A program made the translations under genes and the position numbers. This document shows, piece by piece, positions 29,080 through 39,732 of a stretch of DNA of 64,000 nucleotides. The stretch lies in the NCBI GenBank assembly GCA_965249755.1, contig CBDFMT010000004.1, positions 3,371,312 through 3,435,311 on the forward strand, written 5' to 3'. Origin of the DNA: Ferruginibacter sp. Its GTDB lineage: Bacteria > Bacteroidota > Bacteroidia > Chitinophagales > Chitinophagaceae. The first letter of the stretch is position 1, and the number at the start of each line of letters is the position of its first letter. The notes below the pieces were generated by a model that was not told the origin of the DNA, did no database searches, and saw only the letters and a list, made by a program, of their open reading frames with translations.

Positions 29080-29118
29080 GTTGCAATGGGTTTACTTAAA
29101 ATGAAATGGTGTTTCATT

Positions 29119-30294
29119 TTATCCATATTTCTGCACCAATAAATGTTCAGGAAAATCTTTAATGGTTTCGCAGCCCAACTGTTCCATCACCTGCTGCAAC
29201 TGTGCTTTTAAAATCTGAATGGTTTGTTCGCCACCCTCCTTGCCCAATGCGCCAACACCATACATAAACGGGCGGCCCATAAAAGTAAAGCATGCGCCGG
29301 AAGCAAGGCAGCGCCCAATATCCGGCCCGGAGCGAAGGCCGCTGTCTATCATTATTTTTATTTTATCACCGTATTGGCCTGCTATATTTTTTAGTGGCTT
29401 AATGGTAGATTCACCAGCATCAATCTGCCTGCCCCCATGATTGGAAACAATAATTCCATCAACACCCAACTCCACAGCTTTTTGTGCATCTTCTTCATTT
29501 ACTATTCCTTTCAACACCAGGGCCCCCTTCCACATATCACGGATCGGTTTTATTTTTTCAACATCAACCCTGCCGGTAAAAGTCTGGTTCATAAACTGGC
29601 CAAGGGCGCTTAAGTTTAAATTTTTGGGCATGTATTTTTCAAGCGTTGCAAAACCGGGTATGCCGGCCCTTAACGTTTCTATCCCCCATACCGGCCTGCT
29701 AAAAACCTGTGTTATATTTTTTACCGACATCTTTGGCGGCATGGCCAATCCATTCCTGATATCCCTTGGCCTGAAACCAAAAGAGGGTACATCCACCAAA
29801 ACCACCAACACCGGAAACCGGGCATCAGCAACCCTTTTGATGATATCATCCCTTAATTCATTTTTGGTGGGATGGTACAATTGGAACCACGCCTTGCCTT
29901 CTGAAATTTCGGCAATGCGTTCTATGCTGCTGGTAGATACCGTACTTAAAATGTAAGGGATATTACTTTTTAACGCTGCCGCTGCCAGTATCTCCGGCGA
30001 GTTAGGCCATATTAAACCCTGCAGCCCGATGGGTGAAATACCAAAGGGTGCATCGTACCGGTGGCCGAATAAATCAACGGACATATCAAGACCGGTAAAC
30101 TTTTTTAAATATTGCGGCATCAACTGTACCTGCTGTAAATCGGTAATATTTTTTGATAAGTTTATATCATCATTGCAACCCCCTTCCAAATAATCAAACG
30201 CAAATTTGGGTATCCGCTGCTTTGCTTTTTTTCTTAAATCTTCAATGGAAGGATATTGGGGATTGTATGAAATTGCTGCCTTTTTTTTCTCCAT
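29119..30294 (-). CDS. lldD: FMN-dependent alpha-hydroxy acid (L-lactate) dehydrogenase
   Basis: AFDYLEGG, APFGISPIG, VLKGI, VSNHGGRQ, DSGLRSGPD, GRPFMYG. Confidence 0.82.
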   Translation of the reverse strand: MEKKKAAISYNPQYPSIEDLRKKAKQRIPKFAFDYLEGGCNDDINLSKNITDLQQVQLMPQYLKKFTGLDMSVDLFGHRYDAPFGISPIGLQGLIWPNSPEILAAAALKSNIPYILSTVSTSSIERIAEISEGKAWFQLYHPTKNELRDDIIKRVADARFPVLVVLVDVPSFGFRPRDIRNGLAMPPKMSVKNITQVFSRPVWGIETLRAGIPGFATLEKYMPKNLNLSALGQFMNQTFTGRVDVEKIKPIRDMWKGALVLKGIVNEEDAQKAVELGVDGIIVSNHGGRQIDAGESTIKPLKNIAGQYGDKIKIMIDSGLRSGPDIGRCLASGACFTFMGRPFMYGVGALGKEGGEQTIQILKAQLQQVMEQLGCETIKDFPEHLLVQKYG

Positions 30295-30328
30295 GATTAT
30301 GCGTTTACAAAATAAGCTAAATACATTT

Positions 30329-31690
30329 TTATTGTTCCTTTGGCACAGTGTACATTTTTAATGCAATGATGTTACCAGGTATGGGATGGGTGTTCCAGTG
30401 CTGATGAATAGCTAGTGCCGCACCCATTGCGGTAGCCTGCGCCATAGATGCGGCAAACACTTCCATCTTTGGAAAAGCCTGCGCTAATAAATTCATATAA
30501 ATATGATTTTTGCTAAAGCCACCATCAACAAAAATACGTTTTACTGGTGTGCCTTTTAATACCATAGTTGTACTAATTACCTGCCGTTCAATAATATTTA
30601 TCATTAGCTGGTGATAAGCTTCTTCATAGTTATTGAATTGATCTGCCTCTAAAACAGTAAATGCTTTGGCATCCTTCGAAGAAGAAATACCACGTTTCAA
30701 TTTCATGATGATGGCCTCATCATAACCTACCTGCTGATAATAATCTAATGGTTTTGAAAAATGGAGTGATAGTTTTTTTACCTGCTGTTCATGTTCATAT
30801 CCTGCAAATAAACGGTTTGCTTTTATCGGTAAACCCTGGTACTGAAGATAACAGAGACAGTCATTGCTTAGCTCCGTTTCAGTAAGAGGTGTGTTGTTAA
30901 ACGGATTGAGGCTGATGCACCAGGTGCCGGTTGAAATCAAAATAAAAGGTTCAATAAAATGGATAAGATAGGGTATCAGTGCGGCTGAGCTGTCATGCAA
31001 GCCAATGCCTGCAATTATTTTTTTGTTGTGATGATATACATCCACCACTTTATCCCCTTTTTGTACCGGTGCCAGTTTTTTGTCAATGCCCTCATCCATT
31101 ACCCATTGATGATAACCGCCCTTTTCAAAATTCCATAAAGAGGTATGGCAGCCAATACTGGTGATGTCGGAAAATGCCTGGCCTGTAATAACAAAGCTAA
31201 GGTACTGCGGTAAGTGAAGGCAACTAAGGATGTTTTTAAAAACCGAAGGTTGCTGCTTTTTTATACGGTAAAGCTGCAGCCCCGAATTTAAATTACCAGC
31301 GGCTGGCGATGCGGTTTCTTTTTCAATTTTTGTTTGGTTACCGTAAGTGGCATAAAATTCATCTTGCAAAAAAGATGGGTAGGGTTTAAGGTAATTATAC
31401 AGCGGAAGCAGCGGTTGGCCTTGCTCCATGATGTGCACAAAGCTGGCACCATAAGCCGAAAAATTAATTGCCTTAATTTGAAAACCGGGCAAGCCCAAAA
31501 TTTTTTCGAAAGTATTTTTTTCCCACTCGGTAAGCAAGCTTAAATCTTCGCAGGCATCACCATCTTCATCAACTGTTTCTTGTAACTGTATGCTTTCTTC
31601 AAATACGATATTGTATTTTTCATCAAACAAAAATATTTTCTTGTTGGTTTTTCCAACGTCAAAAATGGCTATAACAGGTATTGGCCCCAT
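30329..31690 (-). CDS. rhaB: FGGY-family sugar kinase, probable rhamnulokinase
   Basis: IFDVGKTNKK, GLHDSSAALIPY, ISTGTW, VDGGFSKN; position in the rha operon. Confidence 0.75.
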   Translation of the reverse strand: MGPIPVIAIFDVGKTNKKIFLFDEKYNIVFEESIQLQETVDEDGDACEDLSLLTEWEKNTFEKILGLPGFQIKAINFSAYGASFVHIMEQGQPLLPLYNYLKPYPSFLQDEFYATYGNQTKIEKETASPAAGNLNSGLQLYRIKKQQPSVFKNILSCLHLPQYLSFVITGQAFSDITSIGCHTSLWNFEKGGYHQWVMDEGIDKKLAPVQKGDKVVDVYHHNKKIIAGIGLHDSSAALIPYLIHFIEPFILISTGTWCISLNPFNNTPLTETELSNDCLCYLQYQGLPIKANRLFAGYEHEQQVKKLSLHFSKPLDYYQQVGYDEAIIMKLKRGISSSKDAKAFTVLEADQFNNYEEAYHQLMINIIERQVISTTMVLKGTPVKRIFVDGGFSKNHIYMNLLAQAFPKMEVFAASMAQATAMGAALAIHQHWNTHPIPGNIIALKMYTVPKEQ

Positions 31691-31697
31691 ACAGTAA

Positions 31698-32972
31698 TTA
31701 TAATCCGGTTACAATCGTTTTTAATCCCCTTTCCCCGATTAAACGCTCCCTTACTTTTTCTTTACGATATACTTCTAACGGCTGTAATGCTGCACCAGCC
31801 TGCAGCCTGGCTTCTGCTACCAATGCCCTTACATCGGTACGAAAAGCTTGTTGCAATATTTCCTGTGCCAAAACCACATCATTATTATCCTGTGCTTCAA
31901 CCAGTTTTTTTCTATCCACCAGCAAGGCCTGGGCATAGGAAACCATAATGGCTTCCACCGATTGCAACAAATCTTCAAGTGGGTCTTTTACGTTGTGGGA
32001 TGCATCTATCATCCACCCTAAACCTGTTGCATGGTCCATTCCTTTTGCATCCATGCCTTCAATCAATTCATTAAAAATTAAAAACAACTGGTACGGTTTT
32101 ATACTGCCAACAGTAAGGTCATCATCACCATATTTTGAATCATTAAAATGAAAGCCGCCCAGCTTTCCTTCCATCAAAAGCAACGCAACAATCTGTTCAA
32201 TATTAGCATTGGGCAAGTGGTGGCCAAAATCTACCAGGGTGTATGCTTTGGGGCCAAGCTTGCTGGTGTATAAAAGTGATTGCCCCCAATCGCCAACCGT
32301 GGTGGAGTAGAAGTTGGGCTCATATGCTTTGTATTCAACAAACACTTTCCAGTCTTCCGGCAGGGCCGAATAAATTTCCTGTAAGCCTTCAAAAGTATTT
32401 TGCCATGCCTTTCTAAAATTTAACTGCCCGGGAAAACAAGAACCATCCGACAGCCAAACGGTTAATGATTTGGAGCCTAAGTTTATGCCATGCCCTATCA
32501 CTTCAATATTATGGGCCACAGCCTGTTTACGCACCGCTTTGTTTACATGCTGTAGCGAACCAAATTTATAGCTGTGTTCCTGTCCGGGCTGATCTTGAAA
32601 TGTGTTGGAGTTAACTGCATCAAAACGCAAATTATGTTCTACCGCCAATGCTTTAATGGCGGGCAGGTTATCAGGTATGTCCCATGGAATGTGCAGTGAT
32701 ATGGCGCCGCTTGATTGGTTAAGTGCATGGAGTAAACCAATGTCTTCCATTTTTTCCTGCAGGCTTCTTGGTTCGCCACCGCCGGCAAACCTCCCAAACC
32801 GGGTACCGCCTGTGCCTAAGGCCCAGCTTGGTATGGCAATTTGAAAGGCCTTTAATTTTTGTATGATATTTTGAACGTCATCAATTTCCCCGGCTGCAAA
32901 AGCAAACTTTCTTTTGTGGGCTTCTGCTACCGCTTCGTTGTATTGCTGAATGCTGGATTTTTCTATGAGCAT
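31698..32972 (-). CDS. rhaI: L-rhamnose isomerase (RhaI type, xylose-isomerase fold)
   Basis: PSWALGTGGTRFGRF, SLHIPWD, VEYKAYEPNFY, LVDFGHH, FHFNDSKYGDDDL, MIDASHN. Confidence 0.88.
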   Translation of the reverse strand: MLIEKSSIQQYNEAVAEAHKRKFAFAAGEIDDVQNIIQKLKAFQIAIPSWALGTGGTRFGRFAGGGEPRSLQEKMEDIGLLHALNQSSGAISLHIPWDIPDNLPAIKALAVEHNLRFDAVNSNTFQDQPGQEHSYKFGSLQHVNKAVRKQAVAHNIEVIGHGINLGSKSLTVWLSDGSCFPGQLNFRKAWQNTFEGLQEIYSALPEDWKVFVEYKAYEPNFYSTTVGDWGQSLLYTSKLGPKAYTLVDFGHHLPNANIEQIVALLLMEGKLGGFHFNDSKYGDDDLTVGSIKPYQLFLIFNELIEGMDAKGMDHATGLGWMIDASHNVKDPLEDLLQSVEAIMVSYAQALLVDRKKLVEAQDNNDVVLAQEILQQAFRTDVRALVAEARLQAGAALQPLEVYRKEKVRERLIGERGLKTIVTGL

Positions 32973-32994
32973 GTTGACCAGTTTTTTTATTTAA

Positions 32995-33309
32995 TTAAGG
33001 GAGGTAAAATATTTCATTTAAGGGGATGCTTATGGGCGAGTTATCAGGGTTGCATTCCATAAGATCTTTCATGTACAACCACCATTTTTGCATTACCGGA
33101 TGTTGGGGCAAGCCATCAGGCAATTGTGCATCATCAATGATTAAAGTACCAAATAAGCCATTGCCTGTTTCATCTAAAAAGATATAATATTCACTGATGC
33201 CGGATGATTTTAATAATGCTTTCAACTCAGGCCAAAGTTCATCGTGCCGCTTTTTATATTCGGCTTCTGCACCTTTGTTCAACTGCATCTTAAAAGCTAC
33301 CCTTTTCAT
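32995..33309 (-). CDS. rhaM: L-rhamnose mutarotase
   Basis: MKRVAFKMQL...EYKKRHDELWPE...GISEYYIFLD...MQKWW.YM.D.M...PDNSP. Confidence 0.92.
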   Translation of the reverse strand: MKRVAFKMQLNKGAEAEYKKRHDELWPELKALLKSSGISEYYIFLDETGNGLFGTLIIDDAQLPDGLPQHPVMQKWWLYMKDLMECNPDNSPISIPLNEIFYLP

Positions 33310-33377
33310 TTTTTAATTGTTATACCGGTGAAAATAAGTGTGTGGGAAAACTGGTTATTGTTGTAAGAAATAAATGC

Positions 33378-35564
33378 TCAACGCAAAAAAGCTGCAGCCA
33401 CTCCACCATCCACATTCAAAGTATTGCCGGTAGATTTTTTCAACAGGCCACCAACAAAAACAAAACATGCGTTGGCAATATCCTCTGGCAAAATGGCTTC
33501 ATTTAATAACGTACGCTTTGCATAATATGCAGGCAATTCTTCCACTGTAATGCCGTAAGCTTTTGCCCTTCCTTCTGCCCATCCGCCGGCCCAAATATTG
33601 CTGTCAGCAATTACAGCATCGGGGTTAACTGTGTTCACCCTTATTTTATCGGCACCCAACTCTGCTGCAAGTAACCTCGTTAAATGCGCCTGTGCTGCTT
33701 TTGCGCTTCCATAACCGGCATTGTTAGGCCCGGCAACAACGGAATTTTTGGATACCACATTTATGATGTCGCCACCAAAACCTTGCTTGCGCATGGTTTC
33801 CACGGCGGTTTTAGAAATCAGGAACTGCCCTTTAACCAGTATGTCATACAACCTGTCCCAATCAGCAATGCTGTGTTCCGCAATAGCTTTTGAAATGCTG
33901 ATGCCTGCATTGTTTACCACTAAATCCACGCCGCCAAAAGCAAGGGCTGCTGCTGCCATTGCTTTTTCAATGGTATCATTATTGGTTACATCCAGCACAA
34001 CTGAGGCTGCGGTATCTTTTCCAAACAGTTGTTTAAATTCATCCATCGCAGTTTGCAATCTTTCTTCATTAACATCATTGATTACAACGCATGCACCTTC
34101 TTCGGCAAACTTTTTTGCTATTGCTTTTCCGATGCCACCGGCACTGCCTGTAACTAATGCCACCCTGCCACTTAAAGTTTTTGGTTTGGGCATGCGCTGT
34201 AGTTTGGCCTCTTCCAATAGCCAATATTCAATATTAAATGCTTCTTGCCTGGGTAATGATGTGTATTCAGAAATCGCTTCTGCCCCTTTCATTACATTGA
34301 TGGCATTAATGTAAAACTCTGCTGCCACCCTTGCTGTTTGTTTATCTTTTGCAAACGTAAACATGCCCACTCCCGGATAGATAATTACAACCGGGTTTGC
34401 ATCTCTAATACCCGGACTGTTTGAATGCTTACAAGTGTTGTAATATTCAGCATACATTTTTCTGTAAGCAGTAAATAATGGGGCGATCTTTTCCTTTATA
34501 ATTGTTGGGTTAGATAGGTCTTCATCTACCGAAAGGTTTAAAACCAAGGGGGAAATTTTTGTCCTTAAAAAATGATCGGGGCAGCTTGTTCCTAATGGTG
34601 CCAACCTATCTAATTCGTTAGAGTTAATGAATTCCAATACACGTTCATCATCAGTAAAATGGCCAATAGCAAAGGGCGCCTTCCGTTCCCCCGTGGGTGA
34701 GAAACTGTCTGCATTGGAACAAAAGCCCCTTAATATGGGGGCCAGAGCCGCAGCCCTTTCCAGCCGTTCTTCTTCAGGTAAAGAAGTGATTTTTTGTCCG
34801 CCAAAGGTTTCGCCTTTTTTGCCGTAATTATCTTGTACATATTGCGCACAGCATTCAATTACCTGCAGGGTATTAATGTAACTTTCATAGGCCGTACTGC
34901 CCCAGGTAAACAAGCCATGTGAACCCAGCATAATGCCACGGATGCCGGGGTTTTCGTCGAGGCATTGTTTTAATTGCAAACCTAAATCGAACCCTGGTTT
35001 TTGCCAGTTTACCCAGCCGATAGTGCCGTTAAATAATTGTTGCGTAATTTTTTTTCCATCTTTTGCAGCAGCAATGGCAATGGCTGCATCCGGGTGTAAA
35101 TGGTCGATATGTTTAAACGGTAAAAAGCCATGCAACGGCGTATCAATAGATGGTGCTTTAGACGCTAAATCATAAATACAATGGTTAAACAATTCCACCA
35201 TTTCATCTTCAAACGCAATGCCCCTGTAAACGTTTTTAAGGCTGCGTAACTTGTCAACGTACAAAGCGGCAAGCCCGTTTCTTTTCATGGTGCCAAGGTC
35301 GCCGCCACTGCCCTTTACCCACATTACTTCCGCATCTTTTCCGGTAATCGGGTCTTTGGTAATGGCTTTGCAGGAGGTGTTGCCACCGCCATAATTGGTG
35401 AGCCTTAAGTCTGCACCTAACAGGTTAGACCGGTATACCAACAGGCCAACTTCATCACCTTCAAGTTCGGCAGCCCTGGCATCATCCCATAAATAACTGA
35501 CATGCCTGAAGTTGGTGATTGTTTCGGCAGTTTCTTTTTCTTTCGTTGTTATATCTTTATTCAT
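33378..35564 (-). CDS. rhaD: Bifunctional rhamnulose-1-phosphate aldolase / short-chain dehydrogenase (RhaD-ADH, RhaEW)
   Basis: NYGGGNTS, VKGSGGDL, PSIDTPLH, DHLHPD, GTSCPDHFLRTK; SDR domain TGSAGGIG, NNAG, YGSAK. Confidence 0.9.
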   Translation of the reverse strand: MNKDITTKEKETAETITNFRHVSYLWDDARAAELEGDEVGLLVYRSNLLGADLRLTNYGGGNTSCKAITKDPITGKDAEVMWVKGSGGDLGTMKRNGLAALYVDKLRSLKNVYRGIAFEDEMVELFNHCIYDLASKAPSIDTPLHGFLPFKHIDHLHPDAAIAIAAAKDGKKITQQLFNGTIGWVNWQKPGFDLGLQLKQCLDENPGIRGIMLGSHGLFTWGSTAYESYINTLQVIECCAQYVQDNYGKKGETFGGQKITSLPEEERLERAAALAPILRGFCSNADSFSPTGERKAPFAIGHFTDDERVLEFINSNELDRLAPLGTSCPDHFLRTKISPLVLNLSVDEDLSNPTIIKEKIAPLFTAYRKMYAEYYNTCKHSNSPGIRDANPVVIIYPGVGMFTFAKDKQTARVAAEFYINAINVMKGAEAISEYTSLPRQEAFNIEYWLLEEAKLQRMPKPKTLSGRVALVTGSAGGIGKAIAKKFAEEGACVVINDVNEERLQTAMDEFKQLFGKDTAASVVLDVTNNDTIEKAMAAAALAFGGVDLVVNNAGISISKAIAEHSIADWDRLYDILVKGQFLISKTAVETMRKQGFGGDIINVVSKNSVVAGPNNAGYGSAKAAQAHLTRLLAAELGADKIRVNTVNPDAVIADSNIWAGGWAEGRAKAYGITVEELPAYYAKRTLLNEAILPEDIANACFVFVGGLLKKSTGNTLNVDGGVAAAFLR

Positions 35565-35619
35565 ACAAATATTTTAATACCGTTTTTATCCGGTGATTGT
35601 TGAGAAGCAGCGTTTATAA

Positions 35620-36696
35620 TTACTTTAGCGAATTGCCATACCCTACCAGTAAGATGGAAATAATAATGGTAGCAATACCTGCGATGATAGCCGCCCTTGT
35701 TTTTTTACTTACGCCTTTCCATTCTTTTAACACTAAACCCCAAACGTTGGCAACTAAAATAATAAACGACATGTGCAGTATCCAGGAGCTGGCACCGTTG
35801 CCCAGTTTACTTTCTCCCATACCATAAAAGAAAAACTGAAGGAACCATGTTATGCCCCCAATGGCACAAAGGATATAATTTTTTAACAGCGGGGTTTTTG
35901 CGTTGGTGTAATCGCCAAAAGATTTATTGCGGTAATTTAATACCATGCACCAGATGAGGTTAGTGGTTAGGCCGCCCCAAAGGATAACAACAAATATTAC
36001 GTTGTTGCGAAAAAGAAATTCACCCTGTCCGGGGTTGGCAACTTTCCATGCTTGGTTGGCCACAACGCCCATACTGCTTCCGGCTTCAATACCAAAACTA
36101 AAACAGGCACTCAGCACACCAGAAATGATGGCCACAATTAAGCCCTTTACCAACTTAAATTCACTGCCCGAAGCATCTGTTTGTGATGCACCCAAATCGC
36201 CATCCTTCATTTTGCCGGCCTTACCACAAATAACAATACCGGCAACACAAACCAACAGCCCAAACAACACAAACCTGCCCCACGGGGTACTAACAAGGTC
36301 AGCAATGGTATCCTTGCCCTGCTTAGGATTAAAGTAATAATACACAGATGGAATGATGGCCCCGAACACAGAGCAAAGGCCGAGAATAATGGAACTGCCC
36401 AATGCAACACCGAGGTAGCGCACACCCAAACCGTACGTAAGGCCGCCAATGCCCCAAAGAAGCCCCATAATAAAAGTAGTGCCAAGGATTACAGAAGAAG
36501 CCCCTTTTATAATATCAAAAAACCCGGGTATAGTTAAGTATGCCGCAATGAGTGGTGCAATTAACCAGGAGAATATACCGCCGGTAATCCAAAAGCTTTC
36601 CCAGCTCCAGGCTTTTACTTTTTTATAAGGCATGTAAAAACTACCCGAGGCAAAACCGCCAATAAAATGAAAGAAAATTCCTGCTATAGCTTGCAT
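35620..36696 (-). CDS. rhaT: L-rhamnose/proton symporter
   Basis: GGFASGSFYMPYKKVKAWSWESFW, GLTYGLGVRYLG, WFLQFFFYGMG, SSWILHM; about 10 TM segments. Confidence 0.92.
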   Translation of the reverse strand: MQAIAGIFFHFIGGFASGSFYMPYKKVKAWSWESFWITGGIFSWLIAPLIAAYLTIPGFFDIIKGASSVILGTTFIMGLLWGIGGLTYGLGVRYLGVALGSSIILGLCSVFGAIIPSVYYYFNPKQGKDTIADLVSTPWGRFVLFGLLVCVAGIVICGKAGKMKDGDLGASQTDASGSEFKLVKGLIVAIISGVLSACFSFGIEAGSSMGVVANQAWKVANPGQGEFLFRNNVIFVVILWGGLTTNLIWCMVLNYRNKSFGDYTNAKTPLLKNYILCAIGGITWFLQFFFYGMGESKLGNGASSWILHMSFIILVANVWGLVLKEWKGVSKKTRAAIIAGIATIIISILLVGYGNSLK

Positions 36697-36840
36697 AATC
36701 GTTTACAAATATTTTGTAATAAAGTTAAATGTAGTGCAGGGATATTTATTAACTGTCCTGCTGTTACAGCAGGATAGTGGATATCATTTCGTTTATTGCT
36801 TTAAAGATGATATTAGTATTGGTTTTTTACCTGCTTTTGA

Positions 36841-38889
36841 GGATGTGTAGGCCTTTTTAACCTCAATTATTTTGCAGGTGATTATGCAGCCATCAGCGGG
36901 GCAATAGCCTTTCCCGGCCACAGTGCCTATATGCCCAACCCGGCCGATAACCGGCCGTTGTACAATGGCAATATCAGCAGCATGGCAACGGCCAGTGTAA
37001 ACTTTCCGGGTGCCACCGCAGAGAAGCAGCCACAGTTGTGCAATTACAGTTACGACCAGCTCAACAGGATAACCGGTATGGATGTGTACCGGTGCACAAC
37101 CCTTAACACCAATAGCTGGAGCGGCATGGTGGCCACCGGCGATTTTAAGGAACGCATGGCCTACGATGCCAACGGCAATATTGTAAAATACCTGCGCCAG
37201 GGCTTTGGCAGCAACCTGCCCATGGACAGCCTTAGCTACAACTACACCTACAACAGCGGCAAACTTGTTAACAACAAACTCAATTATGTAACCGACCAGA
37301 TTAATGGCAGCACAGCCCACAGCACCAACTATACCGACGATATAGAAGACCAGGCAGCAGGCAATTATGTATACGACCGGATAGGCAATTTAACAGCCGA
37401 TGCCAAAGAAGGCGTTACCAATATTACCTGGAACGTGTATGGTAAAATTAAACAGGTGCAGAGAACGGCCACTGCGGCCAACCCGGTAACCAATATTAAA
37501 TACACCTACGATGCAGGCGGCAACCGCATCAGCAAGCAGGTAACCAAAAGTGCGGCAGACTCTGTGGAGTACACCTGGTATGTAAGGGATGCCAGTGGTA
37601 ACATTATGACAACCTATTTTGCCAAAGGTGCGCCCAATGGCACTATAGCCAGTACCACCGCCAGTTTATTGCTTACCGGCCAAACCATGTATGGCAGCAG
37701 CAGGCTCGGTGTTGTAAACCGCAATGTGGATGTAAAGCCATTGTTTACTAATGGTAACCTGGTTAACTTTACCAGGGGCAATAAGTTCTTTGAGTTAACC
37801 AACCACCTGGGCAATGTAATGGAAACCATCTCCGATAAAAAGACGGGGGTAACCACCAACGGCACCAGCATAGATTATTATTACAGCGAGGTAATAACCG
37901 CCAACGACTATTATAGTTTTGGCAGCCAGATGCCGGGCAGGCAATACAAGCTGAATGCAAACTCATACCGTTATGGGTTTAATGGTAAGGAGAATGACAA
38001 CGATGTTAAAGGCGAAGGCAACCAGCAGGATTATGGGATGAGGATTTATGACCCGAGGTTAGGGCGCTTTCTTTCTGTTGACCCGTTGGCAAAATCATAT
38101 CCTTGGTTAAGCACGTACTCTTATGCCGAAAATAATCCAGTAAACTATATTGATTTAGATGGATTAGAAACACCTGTAGCTCCTGCCCAGGCAACCCCAA
38201 CATTATATGAACCGGCAATTTATTTGCCTGAAGGAGAAGGCTTAATACAACGTACAGCCCGGCCATTAAGTTTAAATCCAGACTATGCGCCAATACCAAT
38301 GCCTGGTAATGCAACCGGAGTTTATAAAGTAGATGAAAATACTGTTATTGTTACAGGAGTTAATGGAAATAGTTGGTACGAATCAACAACAGTTCCGGCA
38401 TTTAAACCAACACGAATAGATTTTTCAGTACCCCAAGGACAGTTTAAAGTCGATCTTCAGCAAGTTGTAAATTTTAAAAATTCAATTTACTCTGAACATC
38501 AAACACCGTTGCCAGTAGACCAAAAACCATTAACTAATTATTCTCCTGTCAATCAAACAACGAATAGTAAACAATCTACTTCAACTCAACAATCAAATAA
38601 TTCCGGCAACATTTATTTAGTTCGTTTTGGGCCACCAGACGATAAAGAAAAACTTACCACTCAATCATCGGCCGCAGAAAAAAACCCAGACTTTGGACAT
38701 GGAGTTTCTACAAAAATGAAAACAAAGGTTGGAGGTAACGAAAGAGCTGCGCTTTTATCCGAAGTATCGAAAGTTTTCAAAGTAAAGAAAACGGGAAAAG
38801 ATCCTAATCATTATACTGTAATTCTTCCAAAACCGATTACAGAAGAAGTCACAAAAAAGTTTAATGCAATTTTTAAAACGAAAAATTAA
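36841..38889 (+). pseudogene. 5'-truncated Rhs protein: core C-terminal part plus intact toxin tip
   Basis: Frame opens after TGA at 36838-40 in mid-domain sequence (NLNYFAGDYAAISG...LYNGNISSM). Rhs motifs ELTNHLGNV, RYGFNGKEND, DYGMRIYDPRLGRFLSVDP, NPVNYIDLDG. GC drops after DLDG (spot counts: line 37081 about 60%, line 38461 about 32%). Confidence 0.82.
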
Positions 38890-38892
38890 AAA

Positions 38893-39340
38893 ATGGATAA
38901 GGATATTTGAAATCTATAAAAAAAACGTTGGAAAAAAAACCTTCTTTGTCGATATCGAAATTGTTGATTGGTATGATAGTCCAATATCAGGCTTTGCGAA
39001 AATTAGAAATTTAAATGAGGGATGTTTTTTTTTTATAATAGCATGGGATTTAAAATCTGATGATAAAGTATTTATATTTATAAATGTAAGTTTAGCTTTT
39101 ATAAAACAATGGAAAACAAAAAATAATAAGATTGAGTATGATGAAATGAAAAAGACTCTTTTTCAAATTGTTTAAAATAATACAACTCAACCTTATTTAT
39201 ATAAATCCTCAAATTTATATTCTTTAAATTATGTCATTAAAGAATATACCAATAAAAAAATATATTTTATAGATAATATTGAGGATGTAGTTAAGCAAAA
39301 AAGTAGCAAAACTTTAAAGTGGTTTAAATATTTTAATTAA
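38893..39340 (+). pseudogene. Putative immunity gene for Rhs tip 1, disrupted
   Basis: ATG 4 nt after the toxin stop; extra base within the first codons (ATG GAT AAG G ATA TTT); in-frame TAA at 39173-75, after which the frame continues NNTTQPYLY...WFKYFN to TAA 39338-40. Confidence 0.6.
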
Positions 39341-39545
39341 ACCCTCGTTTGGCGCAAGCATGTCGGGCAGGTTAAGAGCGTTGGCATGCTTGTGCAAGGG
39401 GAGCAACCACCCGCTGGCGCATGAATGAAGCGGGGGCAAAGCGGCAAAGGTTTCCTGTGCCTTGCTACCTATAACAAATTAAATTAGTTAAGCCCCCGAT
39501 AAAAATCGGGGCAGGCTATCAGTTGTAACAAGCTGGTGGTTTTTT
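39341..39545 (+). repeat. REP-like hairpin cluster A (two units plus an 18-21 bp mini-palindrome)
   Basis: GGCGCAAGCATGTC...GGCATGCTTGTGC (39351-39395); TGGCGCATGAA...TTCCTGTGCC (39415-39461); GCCCCCGATAAAAATCGGGGC (39492-39512). 39411-39545 is roughly 80% similar by eye to 42503-42640. Confidence 0.8.
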
Positions 39546-39563
39546 TATTTACAAACCTTTAAT

Positions 39564-39730
39564 GTATCCCCTCCACCAACCCCTTGTTTTCTTACAAATC
39601 ATAGTGCTGCACCTTTGCCGCTATGGAAAATACAAATGTAGCAGAGACAATGCGATTTCATATTGAAGCCTGCAAAGTAAGTGGCATTAGTGCAAAGGCT
39701 TACTGCCTTGAGCATCAGATAAAACGTTCC
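39564..39730 (+). mobile_element. IS66-like left-end remnant with truncated tnpA (orf1)
   Basis: ATG 39623: MENTNVAETMRFHIEACKVSGISAKAYCLEHQIKRS resembles the IS66 TnpA N-terminus (..SG.S...fC..h.i); it breaks off at a REP unit. Putative terminus GTATCCCCTCCACC at 39564. Confidence 0.5.
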
Positions 39731-39732
39731 GT

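Noticed and set aside
36793-37320. 175-aa minus-strand ORF, and the many long antisense ORFs over the cargo and kinase genes (e.g. 6778-7683, 13116-14489, 25090-26127)
   Set aside because: They lie opposite well-supported genes and show no independent motifs.
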